Source of the DNA: the human T2T-CHM13v2.0 reference genome, Homo sapiens
Length of the DNA: 64,000 bases
Direction: 5' to 3' (one strand)
NCBI RefSeq assembly: GCF_009914755.1
Contig: NC_060948.1
Shown here: one piece after another, positions 1-21,296 of the stretch
Layout: each line of letters begins with the position of its first letter
Position numbering within the stretch: the first letter of the stretch is position 1
Notes under the pieces: model-generated
The model's input: only the letters and a program-made list of their open reading frames with translations
Database searches by the model: none
What the model was told of the DNA's origin: nothing
Program-made: the position numbers and the translations under genes

Positions 1-94
1 AGTTTTGTTTCAAGAACTGAATCCCAAGCCCACACGTTATTAGGCTGCGCTTCTTAAAACAAGTTATGAGATGGGAAAAAGGGCACCCACAAAC

Positions 95-1943
<1,849 letters not shown>

Positions 1944-2512
1944 AGATCCATATTTTTTAAATGAAAAAAAATTTCAAAGGTACTCTGCTTGGTACAATAA
2001 TCAAATGTATAAACTGAGGAATAAAACATAACCATGAAACCTACTTATAACTGCATATGGAAAATACAGAGGATAATTTTTTAAATAACATATTTTGAAA
2101 GCCTTAACTAGTAATTTGAAGAGTTGGCATTTGAAAGGCCAGTATGAATATACCTTCAAAGCAGCAACACAGGTTCCCCATGAGAAAAAGCAAACACAGG
2201 GAAAATAAAAACACAAAGGTTCAATCTCTTCTGACCTTTGAAAGACACAGCACAGACAGTGGTCCTTAGGACGAAGAGCAGGAGACCCCTAATTCCGTCA
2301 CCATGGCGATAGGGCATAAACATTGCTGGGTGAGGGCACAATCCACATTGTGAGGTCCAACTGCTGCCAGGAAGACAGGAGTGCTTTTACATAGACCGAA
2401 AGGTCATTGAAGGCTCAGAGTTTTGTTTCAAGAACTGAATCCCAAGCCCACACGTTATTAGGCTGCGCTTCTTAAAACAAGTTATGAGATGGGAAAAAGG
2501 GCACCCACAAAC
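1944..2512. repeat. GC-richer non-Alu segment of the monomer (~0.57 kb), HSATI-like (present in every unit)
   Basis: Complex-sequence segment between the Alu 5' end and the next AT tract. The HSATI label is inferred from the known DYZ2 composite structure, not from alignment. Confidence 0.7.
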
Positions 2513-4047
2513 ATACGTATACATTATGTATATAATAATATACAGTATCATATATATAATATATATAACCTATGTATAATATTGTTTTACATCCTGCATC
2601 TTATGTTATATATATTGTATAAAATATAATAATTGATAATATATAAGTTTTATAATTATACAATATGACATATAGTATATATTATAATTTATGACATATA
2701 TAATATATGTTATATATCATATATAGAGTATATTATACGGTTAATATACGTATTAAATATAAATTATACATTATATATATTATATATAATATATCTGTTA
2801 TATATAATACCCATTATGCATAATATATATATTATGTCTATGTTATATATAGTATAAAACAACATATAATAATATATAATTGTATATATAAAATGCGACA
2901 TATAATATATATTATATTTTATAACATATGTAATATATATTATATATTATCTATAATACGTTGTATGTATAATACCTATATTAAATATATATTATATGAC
3001 TATGTTATTAATTACATGTCACATGTGTTATATATTATATATTTTAAATAGAATATACCGGTTACATACAATATATACTATGTTACCTATAATGTATAAT
3101 TTATTACATGTAAAATAAGGAATGCAATATATTATGTATAATTTATAATATACAATATGTGGAATGTGATATATATAACATATAATATATGATATATGAT
3201 ATACAGTATATGATATATAACATACAATATATGATTCCTAATATATATGGTATACAATATATATTTTATGATATGTATTCTATATGTTTTATATTCTGTT
3301 ATATATAACTATTTGAAATTATATATAACTGTATAATATTTTATGTAATATGTAATATAATATATATAACTATATAATATATTATATATAACTATATATT
3401 ATGTTATATATACTTTTATAACATAATTTACATAAAATATCATAATATAATATATATTATATTATTTCATATTACATAATATATATTACATATCACCCAA
3501 TATAACTAACGTACATAATATTATAATATAGATTATATTATGTTATATTAAATATCATATATATCATGTATCATATATTCTATAGTATATATTATACATT
3601 ATATAATATGTATGTTGTCTATTATGTGATATATATAACTATATATATAATTATATTTTTATACATATAACTAGATAAACATGTAATTCTACATATTTTC
3701 ATTTATAATATGTAGAATTATATAATCATATATAATTATTTATATTCTATAAAAAATTTTATCATTATATGAATTATAATATATAAAAATTATAATATGT
3801 ACTACAAATATATATATTATATATCATATATGATATAGTACCTTTGTTATATATCATAATACATATAAATGTGTATTATGTTATCTATAATTATATAATT
3901 TCATATATAAGATGTATAATATGTATCATATATTATATATGTTATGTAATATATATAGTATATATAAGATGACACAGGATAAATATTATATACTATGACA
4001 TATAAAATATATGAGGTTATATGTTACATATAATGCATAGCACATAA

Positions 4048-4362
<315 letters not shown>

Positions 4363-6467
4363 AGATCCGTATTTTTTAAATGAAAAAAAATTTCAAAGGT
4401 ACTCTGCTTGGTACAATAATCAAATGTATAAACTGAGGAATAAAACATAACCATGAAACCTACTTATAACTGCATATGGAAAATACAGAGGATAATTTTT
4501 TAAATAACATATTTTGAAAGCCTTAACTAGTAATTTGAAGAGTTGGCATTTGAAAGGCCAGTATGAATATACCTTCAAAGCAGCAACACAGGTTCCCCAT
4601 GAGAAAAAGCAAACTCAGGGAAAATAAAACCACAAAGGTTCAATCTCTTCTGACCTTTGAAAGACACAGCACAGACAGTGGTCCTTAGGACGAAGAGCAG
4701 GAGACCCCTAATTCCGTCACCATGGCGATAGGGCATAAACATTGCTGGGTGAGGGCACAATCCACATTGTGAGGTCCAACTGCTGCCAGGAAGACAGGAG
4801 TGCTTTTACATAGACCGAAAGGTCATTGAAGGCTCAGAGTTTTGTTTCAAGAACTGAATCCCAAGCCCACACGTTATTAGGCTGCGCTTCTTAAAACAAG
4901 TTATGAGATGGGAAAAAGGGCACCCACAAACATACGTATACATTATGTATATAATAATATACAGTATCATATATATAATATATATAACCTATGTATAATA
5001 TTGTTTTACATCCTGCATCTTATGTTATATATATTGTATAAAATATAATAATTGATAATATATAAGTTTTATAATTATACAATATGACATATAGTATATA
5101 TTATAATTTATGACATATATAATATATGTTATATATCATATATAGAATATATTATACGGTTAATATACGTATTAAATATAAATTATACATTATATATATT
5201 ATATATAATATATCTGTTATATATAATACCCATTATGCATAATATATATATTATGTCTATGTTATATATAGTATAAAACAACATATAATAATATATAATT
5301 GTATATATAAAATGCGACATATAATATATATTATATTTTATAACATATGTAATATATATTATATATTATATATAATACGTTGTATGTATAATACCTATAT
5401 TAAATATATATTATATGACTATGTTATTAATTACATGTCACATGTGTTATATATTATATATTTTACATAGAATATACTGGTTAGATACAATATATACTAT
5501 GTTACCTATAATGTATAATTTATTACATGTAAAATAAAGAATGCAATATATTATGTATAATTTATAATATACAATATGTGGAATGTGATATATATAACAT
5601 ATAATATATGATATATGATATACAGTATATGATATATAACATACAATATATGATTCCTAATATATATGGTATACAATATATATTTTATGATATGTATTCT
5701 ATATGTTTTATATTCTGTTATATATAACTATTTGAAATTATATATAACTGTATAATATTTTATGTAAATATGTAATATAATATATATAACTATATAATAT
5801 ATTATATATAACTATATATTATGTTATATATACTTTTATAACATAATTTACATAAAATATCATAATATAATATATATTATATTATTTCATATTACATAAT
5901 ATATATTACATATCACCCAATATAACTAACATACATAATATTATAATATAGATTATATTATGTTATATTAAATATCATATATATCATGTATCATATATTC
6001 TATAATATATATTACACTTTATATAATATGTATGTTGTCTATTATGTGATATATATAACTATATATATAATTATATTTTTATACATATAACTAGATAACC
6101 ATGTAATTCTACATATTTTCATTTATAATATGTAGAATTATATAATCATATATAATTATTTATATTCTATAAAAAATTTTATCATTATATAAATTATAAT
6201 ATATAAAAATTATAATATGTACTACAAATATATATATTATATATCATATATGATATAGTACCTTTGTTATATATCATAATACATATAAATGTGTATTATG
6301 TTATCTATAATTATATAATTTCATATATAAGGTGTATAATATGTATCATATATTATATATGTTATGTAATATATATAGTATATATAAGATGACACAGGAT
6401 AAATATTATATACTATGACATATAAAATATATGAGGTTATATGTTACATATAAGGCATAGCACATAA

Positions 6468-6782
<315 letters not shown>

Positions 6783-8886
6783 AGATCCATATTTTTTAAA
6801 TGAAAAAAAATTTCAAAGGTACTCTGCTTGGTACAATAATCAAATGTATAAACTGAGGAATAAAACATAACCATGAAACCTACTTATAACTGCATATGGA
6901 AAATACAGAGGATAATTTTTTAAATAACATATTTTGAAAGCCTTAACTAGTAATTTGAAGAGTTGGCATTTGAAAGGCCAGTATGAATATACCTTCAAAG
7001 CAGCAACACAGGTTCCCCATGAGAAAAAGCAAACACAGGGAAAATAAAAACACAAAGGTTCAATCTCTTCTGACCTTTGAAAGACACAGCACAGACAGTG
7101 GTCCTTAGGACGAAGAGCAGGAGACCCCTAATTCCGTCACCATGGCGATAGGGCATAAACATTGCTGGGTGAGGGCACAATCCACATTGTGAGGTCCAAC
7201 TGCTGCCAGGAAGACAGGAGTGCTTTTACATAGACCGAAAGGTCATTGAAGGCTCAGAGTTTTGTTTCAAGAACTGAATCCCAAGCCCACACGTTATTAG
7301 GCTGCGCTTCTTAAAACAAGTTATGAGATGGGAAAAAGGGCACCCACAAACATACGTATACATTATGTATATAATAATATACAGTATCATATATATAATA
7401 TATATAACCTATGTATAATATTGTTTTACATCCTGCATCTTATGTTATATATATTGTATAAAATATAATAATTGATAATATATAAGTTTTATAATTATAC
7501 AATATGACATATAGTATATATTATAATTTATGACATATATAATATATGTTATATATCATATATAGAGTATATTATACGGTTAATATACGTATTAAATATA
7601 AATTATACATTATATATATTATATATAATATATCTGTTATATATAATACCCATTATGCATAATATATATATTATGTCTATGTTATATATAGTATAAAACA
7701 ACATATAATAATATATAATTGTATATATAAAATGCGACATATAATATATATTATATTTTATAACATATGTAATATATATTATATATTATCTATAATACGT
7801 TGTATGTATAATACCTATATTAAATATATATTATATGACTATGTTATTAATTACATGTCACATGTGTTATATATTATATATTTTAAATAGAATATACCGG
7901 TTACATACAATATATACTATGTTACCTATAATGTATAATTTATTACATGTAAAATAAGGAATGCAATATATTATGTATAATTTATAATATACAATATGTG
8001 GAATGTGATATATATAACATATAATATATGATATATGATATACAGTATATGATATATAACATACAATATATGATTCCTAATATATATGGTATACAATATA
8101 TATTTTATGATATGTATTCTATATGTTTTATATTCTGTTATATATAACTATTTGAAATTATATATAACTGTATAATATTTTATGTAATATGTAATATAAT
8201 ATATATAACTATATAATATATTATATATAACTATATATTATGTTATATATACTTTTATAACATAATTTACATAAAATATCATAATATAATATATATTATA
8301 TTATTTCATATTACATAATATATATTACATATCACCCAATATAACTAACGTACATAATATTATAATATAGATTATATTATGTTATATTAAATATCATATA
8401 TATCATGTATCATATATTCTATAGTATATATTATACATTATATAATATGTATGTTGTCTATTATGTGATATATATAACTATATATATAATTATATTTTTA
8501 TACATATAACTAGATAAACATGTAATTCTACATATTTTCATTTATAATATGTAGAATTATATAATCATATATAATTATTTATATTCTATAAAAAATTTTA
8601 TCATTATATGAATTATAATATATAAAAATTATAATATGTACTACAAATATATATATTATATATCATATATGATATAGTACCTTTGTTATATATCATAATA
8701 CATATAAATGTGTATTATGTTATCTATAATTATATAATTTCATATATAAGATGTATAATATGTATCATATATTATATATGTTATGTAATATATATAGTAT
8801 ATATAAGATGACACAGGATAAATATTATATACTATGACATATAAAATATATGAGGTTATATGTTACATATAATGCATAGCACATAA

Positions 8887-9201
<315 letters not shown>

Positions 9202-11301
9202 AGATCCGTATTTTTTAAATGAAAAAAAATTTCAAAGGTACTCTGCTTGGTACAATAATCAAATGTATAAACTGAGGAATAAAACATAACCATGAAACCT
9301 ACTTATAACTGCATATGGAAAATACAGAGGATAATTTTTTAAATAACATATTTTGAAAGCCTTAACTAGTAATTTGAAGAGTTGGCATTTGAAAGGCCAG
9401 TATGAATATACCTTCAAAGCAGCAACACAGGTTCCCCATGAGAAAAAGCAAACTCAGGGAAAATAAAACCACAAAGGTTCAATCTCTTCTGACCTTTGAA
9501 AGACACAGCACAGACAGTGGTCCTTAGGACGAAGAGCAGGAGACCCCTAATTCCGTCACCATGGCGATAGGGCATAAACATTGCTGGGTGAGGGCACAAT
9601 CCACATTGTGAGGTCCAACTGCTGCCAGGAAGACAGGAGTGCTTTTACATAGACCGAAAGGTCATTGAAGGCTCAGAGTTTTGTTTCAAGAACTGAATCC
9701 CAAGCCCACACGTTATTAGGCTGCGCTTCTTAAAACAAGTTATGAGATGGGAAAAAGGGCACCCACAAACATACGTATACATTATGTATATAATAATATA
9801 CAGTATCATATATATAATATATATAACCTATGTATAATATAGTTTTACATCCTGCATCTTATGTTATATATATTGTATAAAATATAATAATTGATAATAT
9901 ATAAGTTTTATAATTATACAATATGACATATAGTATATAATTTATGACATATATAATATATGTTATATATCATATATAGAATATATTATACGGTTAATAT
10001 ACGTATTAAATATAAATTATACATTATATATATTATATATAATATATCTGTTATATATAATACCCATTATGCATAATATATATATTATGTCTATGTTATA
10101 TATAGTATAAAACAACATATAATAATATATAATTGTATATATAAAATGCGACATATAATATATATTATATTTTATAACATATGTAATATATATTATATAT
10201 TATATATAATACGTTGTATGTATAATACCTATATTAAATATATATTATATGACTATGTTATTAATTACATGTCACATGTGTTATATATTATATATTTTAC
10301 ATAGAATATACCGGTTAGATACAATATATACTATGTTACCTATAATGTATAATTTATTACATGTAAAATAAAGAATGCAATATATTATGTATAATTTATA
10401 ATATACAATATGTGGAATGTGATATATATAACATATAATATATGATATATGATATACAGTATATGATATATAACATACAATATATGATTCCTAATATATA
10501 TGGTATACAATATATATTTTATGATATGTATTCTATATGTTTTATATTCTGTTATATATAACTATTTGAAATTATATATAACTGTATAATATTTTATGTA
10601 AATATGTAATATAATATATATAACTATATAATATATTATATATAACTATATATTATGTTATATATACTTTTATAACATAATTTACATAAAATATCATAAT
10701 ATAATATATATTATATTATTTCATATTACATAATATATATTACATATCACCCAATATAACTAACATACATAATATTATAATATAGATTATATTATGTTAT
10801 ATTAAATATCATATATATCATGTATCATATATTCTATAATATATATTACACTTTATATAATATGTATGTTGTCTATTATGTGATATATATAACTATATAT
10901 ATAATTATATTTTTATACATATAACTAGATAACCATGTAATTCTACATATTTTCATTTATAATATGTAGAATTATATAATCATATACAATTATTTATATT
11001 CTATAAAAAATTTTATCATTATATAAATTATAATATATAAAAATTATAATATGTACTACAAATATATATATTATATATCATATATGATATAGTACCTTTG
11101 TTATATATCATAATACATATAAATGTGTATTATGTTATCTATAATTATATAATTTCATATATAAGGTGTATAATATGTATCATATATTATATATGTTATG
11201 TAATATATATAGTATATATAAGATGACACAGGATAAATATTATATACTATGACATATAAAATATATGAGGTTATATGTTACATATAAGGCATAGCACATA
11301 A

Positions 11302-11616
<315 letters not shown>

Positions 11617-13721
11617 AGATCCATATTTTTTAAATGAAAAAAAATTTCAAAGGTACTCTGCTTGGTACAATAATCAAATGTATAAACTGAGGAATAAAAC
11701 ATAACCATGAAACCTACTTATAACTGCATATGGAAAATACAGAGGATAATTTTTTAAATAACATATTTTGAAAGCCTTAACTAGTAATTTGAAGAGTTGG
11801 CATTTGAAAGGCCAGTATGAATATACCTTCAAAGCAGCAACACAGGTTCCCCATGAGAAAAAGCAAACTCAGGGAAAATAAAACCACAAAGGTTCAATCT
11901 CTTCTGACCTTTGAAAGACACAGCACAGACAGTGGTCCTTAGGACGAAGAGCAGGAGACCCCTAATTCCGTCACCATGGCGATAGGGCATAAACATAGCT
12001 GGGTGAGGGCACAATCCACATTGTGAGGTCCAACTGCTGCCAGGAAGACAGGAGTGCTTTTACATAGACCGAAAGGTCATTGAAGGCTCAGAGTTTTGTT
12101 TCAAGAACTGAATCCCAAGCCCACACGTTATTAGGCTGCGCTTCTTAAAACAAGTTATGAGATGGGAAAAAGGGCACCCACAAACATACGTATACATTAT
12201 GTATATAATAATATACAGTATCATATATATAATATATATAACCTATGTATAATATTGTTTTACATCCTGCATCTTATGTTATATATATTGTATAAAATAT
12301 AATAATTGATAATATATAAGTTTTATAATTATACAATATGACATATAGTATATATTATAATTTATGACATATATAATATATGTTATATATCATATATAGA
12401 ATATATTATACGGTTAATATACGTATTAAATATAAATTATACATTATATATATTATATATAATATATCTGTTATATATAATACCCATTATGCATAATATA
12501 TATATTATGTCTATGTTATATATAGTATAAAACAACATATAATAATATATAATTGTATATATAAAATGCGACATATAATATATATTATATTTTATAACAT
12601 ATGTAATATATATTATATATTATATATAATACGTTGTATGTATAATACCTATATTAAATATATATTATATGACTATGTTATTAATTACATGTCACATGTG
12701 TTATATATTATATATTTTACATAGAATATACCGGTTAGATACAATATAAACTATGTTACCTATAATGTATAATTTATTACATGTAAAATAAAGAATGCAA
12801 TATATTATGTATAATTTATAATATACAATATGTGGATTGTGATATATATAACATATAATATATGATATATGATATACAGTATATGATATATAACATACAA
12901 TATATGATTCCTAATATATATGGTATACAATATATATTTTATGATATGTATTCTATATGTTTTATATTCTGTTATATATAACTATTTGAAATTATATATA
13001 ACTGTATAATATTTTATGTAAATATGTAATATAATATATATAACTATATAATATATTATATATAACTATATATTATGTTATGTATACTTTTATAACATAA
13101 TTTACATAAAATATCATAATATAATATATATTATATTATTTCATATTACATAATATATATTACATATCACCCAATATAACTAACATACATAATATTATAA
13201 TATAGATTATATTATGTTATATTAAATATCATATATATCATGTATCATATATTCTATAATATATATTACACATTATATAATATGTATGTTGTCTATTATG
13301 TGATATATATAACTATATATATAATTATATTTTTATACATATAACTAGATAAACATGTAATTCTACATATTTTCATTTATAATATGTAGAATTATATAAT
13401 CATATATAATTATTTATATTCTATAAAAAATTTTATCATTATATAAATTATAATATATAAAAATTATAATATGTACTACAAATATATATATTATATATCA
13501 TATATGATATAGTACCTTTGTTATATATCATAATACATATAAATGTGTATTATGTTATCTATAATTATATAATTTCATATATAAGGTGTATAATATGTAT
13601 CATATATTATATATGTTATGTAATATATATAGTATATATAAGATGACACAGGATAAATATTATATACTATGACATATAAAATATATGAGGTTATATGTTA
13701 CATATAAGGCATAGCACATAA

Positions 13722-14036
<315 letters not shown>

Positions 14037-16143
14037 AGATCCATATTTTTTAAATGAAAAAAAATTTCAAAGGTACTCTGCTTGGTACAATAATCAAATG
14101 TATAAACTGAGGAATAAAACATAACCATGAAACCTACTTATAACTGCATATGGAAAATACAGAGGATAATTTTTTAAATAACATATTTTGAAAGCCTTAA
14201 CTAGTAATTTGAAGAGTTGGCATTTGAAAGGCCAGTATGAATATACCTTCAAAGCAGCAACACAGGTTCCCCATGAGAAAAAGCAAACACAGGGAAAATA
14301 AAAACACAAAGGTTCAATCTCTTCTGACCTTTGAAAGACACAGCACAGACAGTGGTCCTTAGGACGAAGAGCAGGAGACCCCTAATTCCGTCACCATGGC
14401 GATAGGGCATAAACATTGCTGGGTGAGGGCACAATCCACATTGTGAGGTCCAACTGCTGCCAGGAAGACAGGAGTGCTTTTACATAGACCGAAAGGTCAT
14501 TGAAGGCTCAGAGTTTTGTTTCAAGAACTGAATCCCAAGCCCACACGTTATTAGGCTGCGCTTCTTAAAACAAGTCATGAGATGGGAAAAAGGGCACCCA
14601 CAAACATACGTATACATTATGTATATAATAATATACAGTATCATATATATAATATATATAACCTATGTATAATATTGTTTTACATCCTGCATCTTATGTT
14701 ATATATATTGTATAAAATATAATAATTGATAATATATAAGTTTTATAATTATACAATATGACATATAGTATATATTATAATTTATGACATATATAATATA
14801 TGTTATATATCATATATAGAATATATTATACGGTTAATATACGTATTAAATATAAATTATACCTTATATATATTATATATAATATATCTGTTATATATAA
14901 TACCCATTATGCATAATATATATATTATGTCTATGTTATATATAGTATAAAACAACATATAATAATATATAATTGTATATATAAAATGCGACATATAATA
15001 TATATTATATTTTATAACATATGTAATATATATTATATATTATATATAATACGTTGTATGTATAATACCTATATTAAATATATATTATATAACTATGTTA
15101 TTAATTACATGTCACATGTGTTATATATTATATATTTTACATAGAATATACCGGTTACATACAATATATACTATGTTACCTATAATGTATAATTGATTAC
15201 ATGTAAAATAAAGAATGCAATATATTATGTATAATTTATAATATACAATATGTGGAATGTGACATATGTAACATATAATATATGATATATGATATACAGT
15301 ATATGATATATAACATACAATATATGATTCCTAATATATATGGTATACAATATATATTTTATGATATGTATTCTATATGTTTTATATTCTGTTATATATA
15401 ACTATTTGAAATTATATATAACTGTATAATATTTTATGTAAATATGTAATATAATATATATAACTATATAATATATTATATATAACTATATATTATGTTA
15501 TATATATTTTTATAACATAATTTACATAAAATATCATAATATTATATATATTATATTATTTCATATTACATAATATATATTACATATCACCCAATATAAC
15601 TAACATACATAATATTATAATATAGATTATATTATGTTATATTAAATATCATACATATCATGTATCATATATTCTATAATATATATTACACATTATATAA
15701 TATGTATGTTGTCTATTATGTGATATATATAACTATATATATAATTATATTTTTATACATATAACTAGATAAACATGTAATTCTACATATTTTCATTTAT
15801 AATATGTAGAATTATATAATCATATATAATTATTTATATTCTATAAAAAATTTTATCATTATATAAATTATAATATATAAAAATTATAATATGTACTACA
15901 AATATATATATATTATATATAATATATGATATAGTACCTTTGTTATATATCATAATACATATAAATGTGTATTATATTATCTATAATTATATAATTTCAT
16001 ATATAAGATGTATAATATGTATCATATAATATATATGTTATGTAATATATATAGTATATATAAGATGACACAGGATAAATATTATATACTATGACATATA
16101 AAATATATGAGGTTATATGTTACATATAAGGCATAGCACATAA

Positions 16144-16458
<315 letters not shown>

Positions 16459-18561
16459 AGATCCATATTTTTTAAATGAAAAAAAATTTCAAAGGTACTC
16501 TGCTTGGTACAATAATCAAATGTATAAACTGAGGAATAAAACATAACCATGAAACCTACTTATAACTGCATATGGAAAATACAGAGGATAATTTTTTAAA
16601 TAACATATTTTGAAAGCCTTAACTAGTAATTTGAAGAGTTGGCATTTGAAAGGCCAGTATGAATATACCTTCAAAGCAGCAACACAGGTTCCCCATGAGA
16701 AAAAGCAAACACAGGGAAAATAAAAACACAAAGGTTCAATCTCTTCTGACCTTTGAAAGACACAGCACAGACAGTGGTCCTTAGGACGAAGAGCAGGAGA
16801 CCCCTAATTCCGTCACCATGGCGATAGGGCATAAACATTGCTGGGTGAGGGCACAATCCACATTGTGAGGTCCAACTGCTGCCAGGAAGACAGGAGTGCT
16901 TTTACATAGACCGAAAGGTCATTGAAGGCTCAGAGTTTTGTTTCAAGAACTGAATCCCAAGCCCACACGTTATTAGGCTGCGCTTCTTAAAACAAGTTAT
17001 GAGATGGGAAAAAGGGCACCCACAAACATACGTATACATTATGTATATAATAATATACAGTATCATATATATAATATATAACCTATGCATAATATTGTTT
17101 TACATCCTGCATCTTATGTTATATATATTGTATAAAATATAATAATTGATAATATATAAGTTTTATAATTATACAATATGACATATAGTATATATTATAA
17201 TTTATGACATATATAATATATGTTATATATCATATATAGAATATATTATACGGTTAATATACGTATTAAATATAAATTATACCTTATATATATTATATAT
17301 AATATATCTGTTATATATAATACCCATTATGCATAATATATATATTATGTCTATGTTATATATAGTATAAAACAACATATAATAATATATAATTGTATAT
17401 ATAAAATGCGACATATAATATATATTATATTTTATAACATATGTAATATATATTATATATTATATATAATACGTTGTATGTATAATACCTATATTAAATA
17501 TATATTATATAACTATGTTATTAATTACATGTCACATGTGTTATATATTATATATTTTACATAGAATATACCGGTTACATACAATATATACTATGTTACC
17601 TATAATGTAAAATTGATTACATGTAAAATAAAGAATGCAATATATTATGTATAATTTATAATATACAATATGTGGAATGTGACATATGTAACATATAATA
17701 TATGATATATGATATACAGTATATGATATATAACATACAATATATGATTCCTAATATATATGGTATACAATATATATTTTATGATATGTATTCTATATGT
17801 TTTATATTCTGTTATATATAACTATTTGAAATTATATATAACTGTATAATATTTTATGTAAATATGTAATATAATATATATAACTATATAATATATTATA
17901 TATAACTATATATTATGTTATATATACTTTTATAACATAATTTACATAAAATATCATAATATAATATATATTATATTATTTCATATTACATAATATATAT
18001 TACATATCACCCAATATAACTAACATACATAATATTATAATATAGATTATATTATGTTATATTAAATATCATATATATCATGTATCATATATTCTATAAT
18101 AGATAGTACACATTATATAATATGTATGTTGTCTATTATGTGATATATATAACTATATATATAATTATATTTTTATACATATAACTAGATAAACATGTAA
18201 TTCTACATATTTTCATTTATAATATGTAGAATTATATAATCATATATAATTATTTATATTCTATAAAAAATTTTATCATTATATAAATTATAATATATAA
18301 AAATTATAATATGTACTACAAATATATATATTATATATCATATATGATATAGTACCTTTGTTATATATCATAATACATATAAATGTGTATTATGTTATCT
18401 ATAATTATATAATTTCATATATAAGGTGTATAATATGTATCATATATTATATATGTTATGTAATATATATAGTATATATAAGATGACACAGGATAAATAT
18501 TATATACTATGACATATAAAATATATGAGGTTATATGTTACATATAAGGCATAGCACATAA

Positions 18562-18876
<315 letters not shown>

Positions 18877-20981
18877 AGATCCATATTTTTTAAATGAAAA
18901 AAAATTTCAAAGGTACTCTGCTTGGTACAATAATCAAATGTATAAACTGAGGAATAAAACATAACCATGAAACCTACTTATAACTGCATATGGAAAATAC
19001 AGAGGATAATTTTTTAAATAACATATTTTGAAAGCCTTAACTAGTAATTTGAAGAGTTGGCATTTGAAAGGCCAGTATGAATATACCTTCAAAGCAGCAA
19101 CACAGGTTCCCCATGAGAAAAAGCAAACACAGGGAAAATAAAAACACAAAGGTTCAATCTCTTCTGACCTTTGAAAGACACAGCACAGACAGTGGTCCTT
19201 AGGACGAAGAGCAGGAGACCCCTAATTCCGTCACCATGGCGATAGGGCATAAACATTGCTGGGTGAGGGCACAATCCACATTGTGAGGTCCAACTGCTGC
19301 CAGGAAGACAGGAGTGCTTTTACATAGACCGAAAGGTCATTGAAGGCTCAGAGTTTTGTTTCAAGAACTGAATCCCAAGCCCACACGTTATTAGGCTGCG
19401 CTTCTTAAAACAAGTTATGAGATGGGAAAAAGGGCACCCACAAACATACGTATACATTATGTATATAATAATATACAGTATCATATATATAATATATATA
19501 ACCTATGTATAATATTGTTTTACATCCTGCATCTTATGTTATATATATTGTATAAAATATAATAATTGATAATATATAAGTTTTATAATTATACAATATG
19601 ACATATAGTATATATTATAATTTATGACATATATAATATATGTTATATATCATATATAGAATATATTATACGGTTAATATACGTATTAAATATAAATTAT
19701 ACCTTATATATATTATATATAATATATCTGTTATATATAATACCCATTATGCATAATATATATATTATGTCTATGATATATATAGTATAAAACAACATAT
19801 AATAATATATAATTGTATATATAAAATGCGACATATAATATATATTATATTTTATAACATATGTAATATATATTATATATTATATATAATACGTTGTATG
19901 TATAATACCTATATTAAATATATATTATATAACTATGTTATTAATTACATGTCACATGTGTTATATATTATATATTTTACATAGAATATACCGGTTACAT
20001 ACAATATATACTATGTTACCTATAATGTATAATTGATTACATGTAAAATAAAGAATGCAATATATTATGTATAATTTATAATATACAATATGTGGAATGT
20101 GACATATGTAACATATAATATATGATATATGATATACAGTATATGATATATAACATACAATATATGATTCCTAATATATATGGTATACAATATATATTTT
20201 ATGATATGTATTCTATATGTTTTATATTCTGTTATATATAACTATTTGAAATTATATATAACTGTATAATATTTTATGTAAATATGTAATATAATATATA
20301 TAACTATATAATATATTATATATAACTATATATTATGTTATATATACTTTTATAACATAATTTACATAAAATATCATAATATAATATATATTATATTATT
20401 TCATATTACATAATATATATTACATATCACCCAATATAACTAACATACATAATATTATAATATAGATTATATTATGTTATATTAAATATCATACATATCA
20501 TGTATCATATATTCTATAATAGATAGTACACATTATATAATATGTATGTTGTCTATTATGTGATATATATAACTATATATATAATTATATTTTTATACAT
20601 ATAACTAGATAAACATGTAATTCTACATATTTTCATTTATAATATGTAGAATTATATAATCATATATAATTATTTATATTCTATAAAAAATTTTATCATT
20701 ATATAAATTATAATATATAAAAATTATAATATGTACTACAAATATATATATTATATATCATATATGATATAGTACCTTTGTTATATATCATAATACATAT
20801 AAATGTGTATTATGTTATCTATAATTATATAATTTCATATATAAGGTGTATAATATGTATCATATATTATATATGTTATGTAATATATATAGTATATATA
20901 AGATGACACAGGATAAATATTATATACTATGACATATAAAATATATGAGGTTATATGTTACATATAAGGCATAGCACATAA

Positions 20982-21296
<315 letters not shown>

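Noticed and set aside
2001-2341. Recurrent 71-aa and 61-aa minus-strand ORFs in nearly every unit
   Set aside because: Short, overlapping, non-ATG starts (TTG/GTG-type calls), no recognisable domain. Recurrence simply reflects repeat identity, and the 71-aa ORF is lost in U2, U4, U5, U13 and U16.
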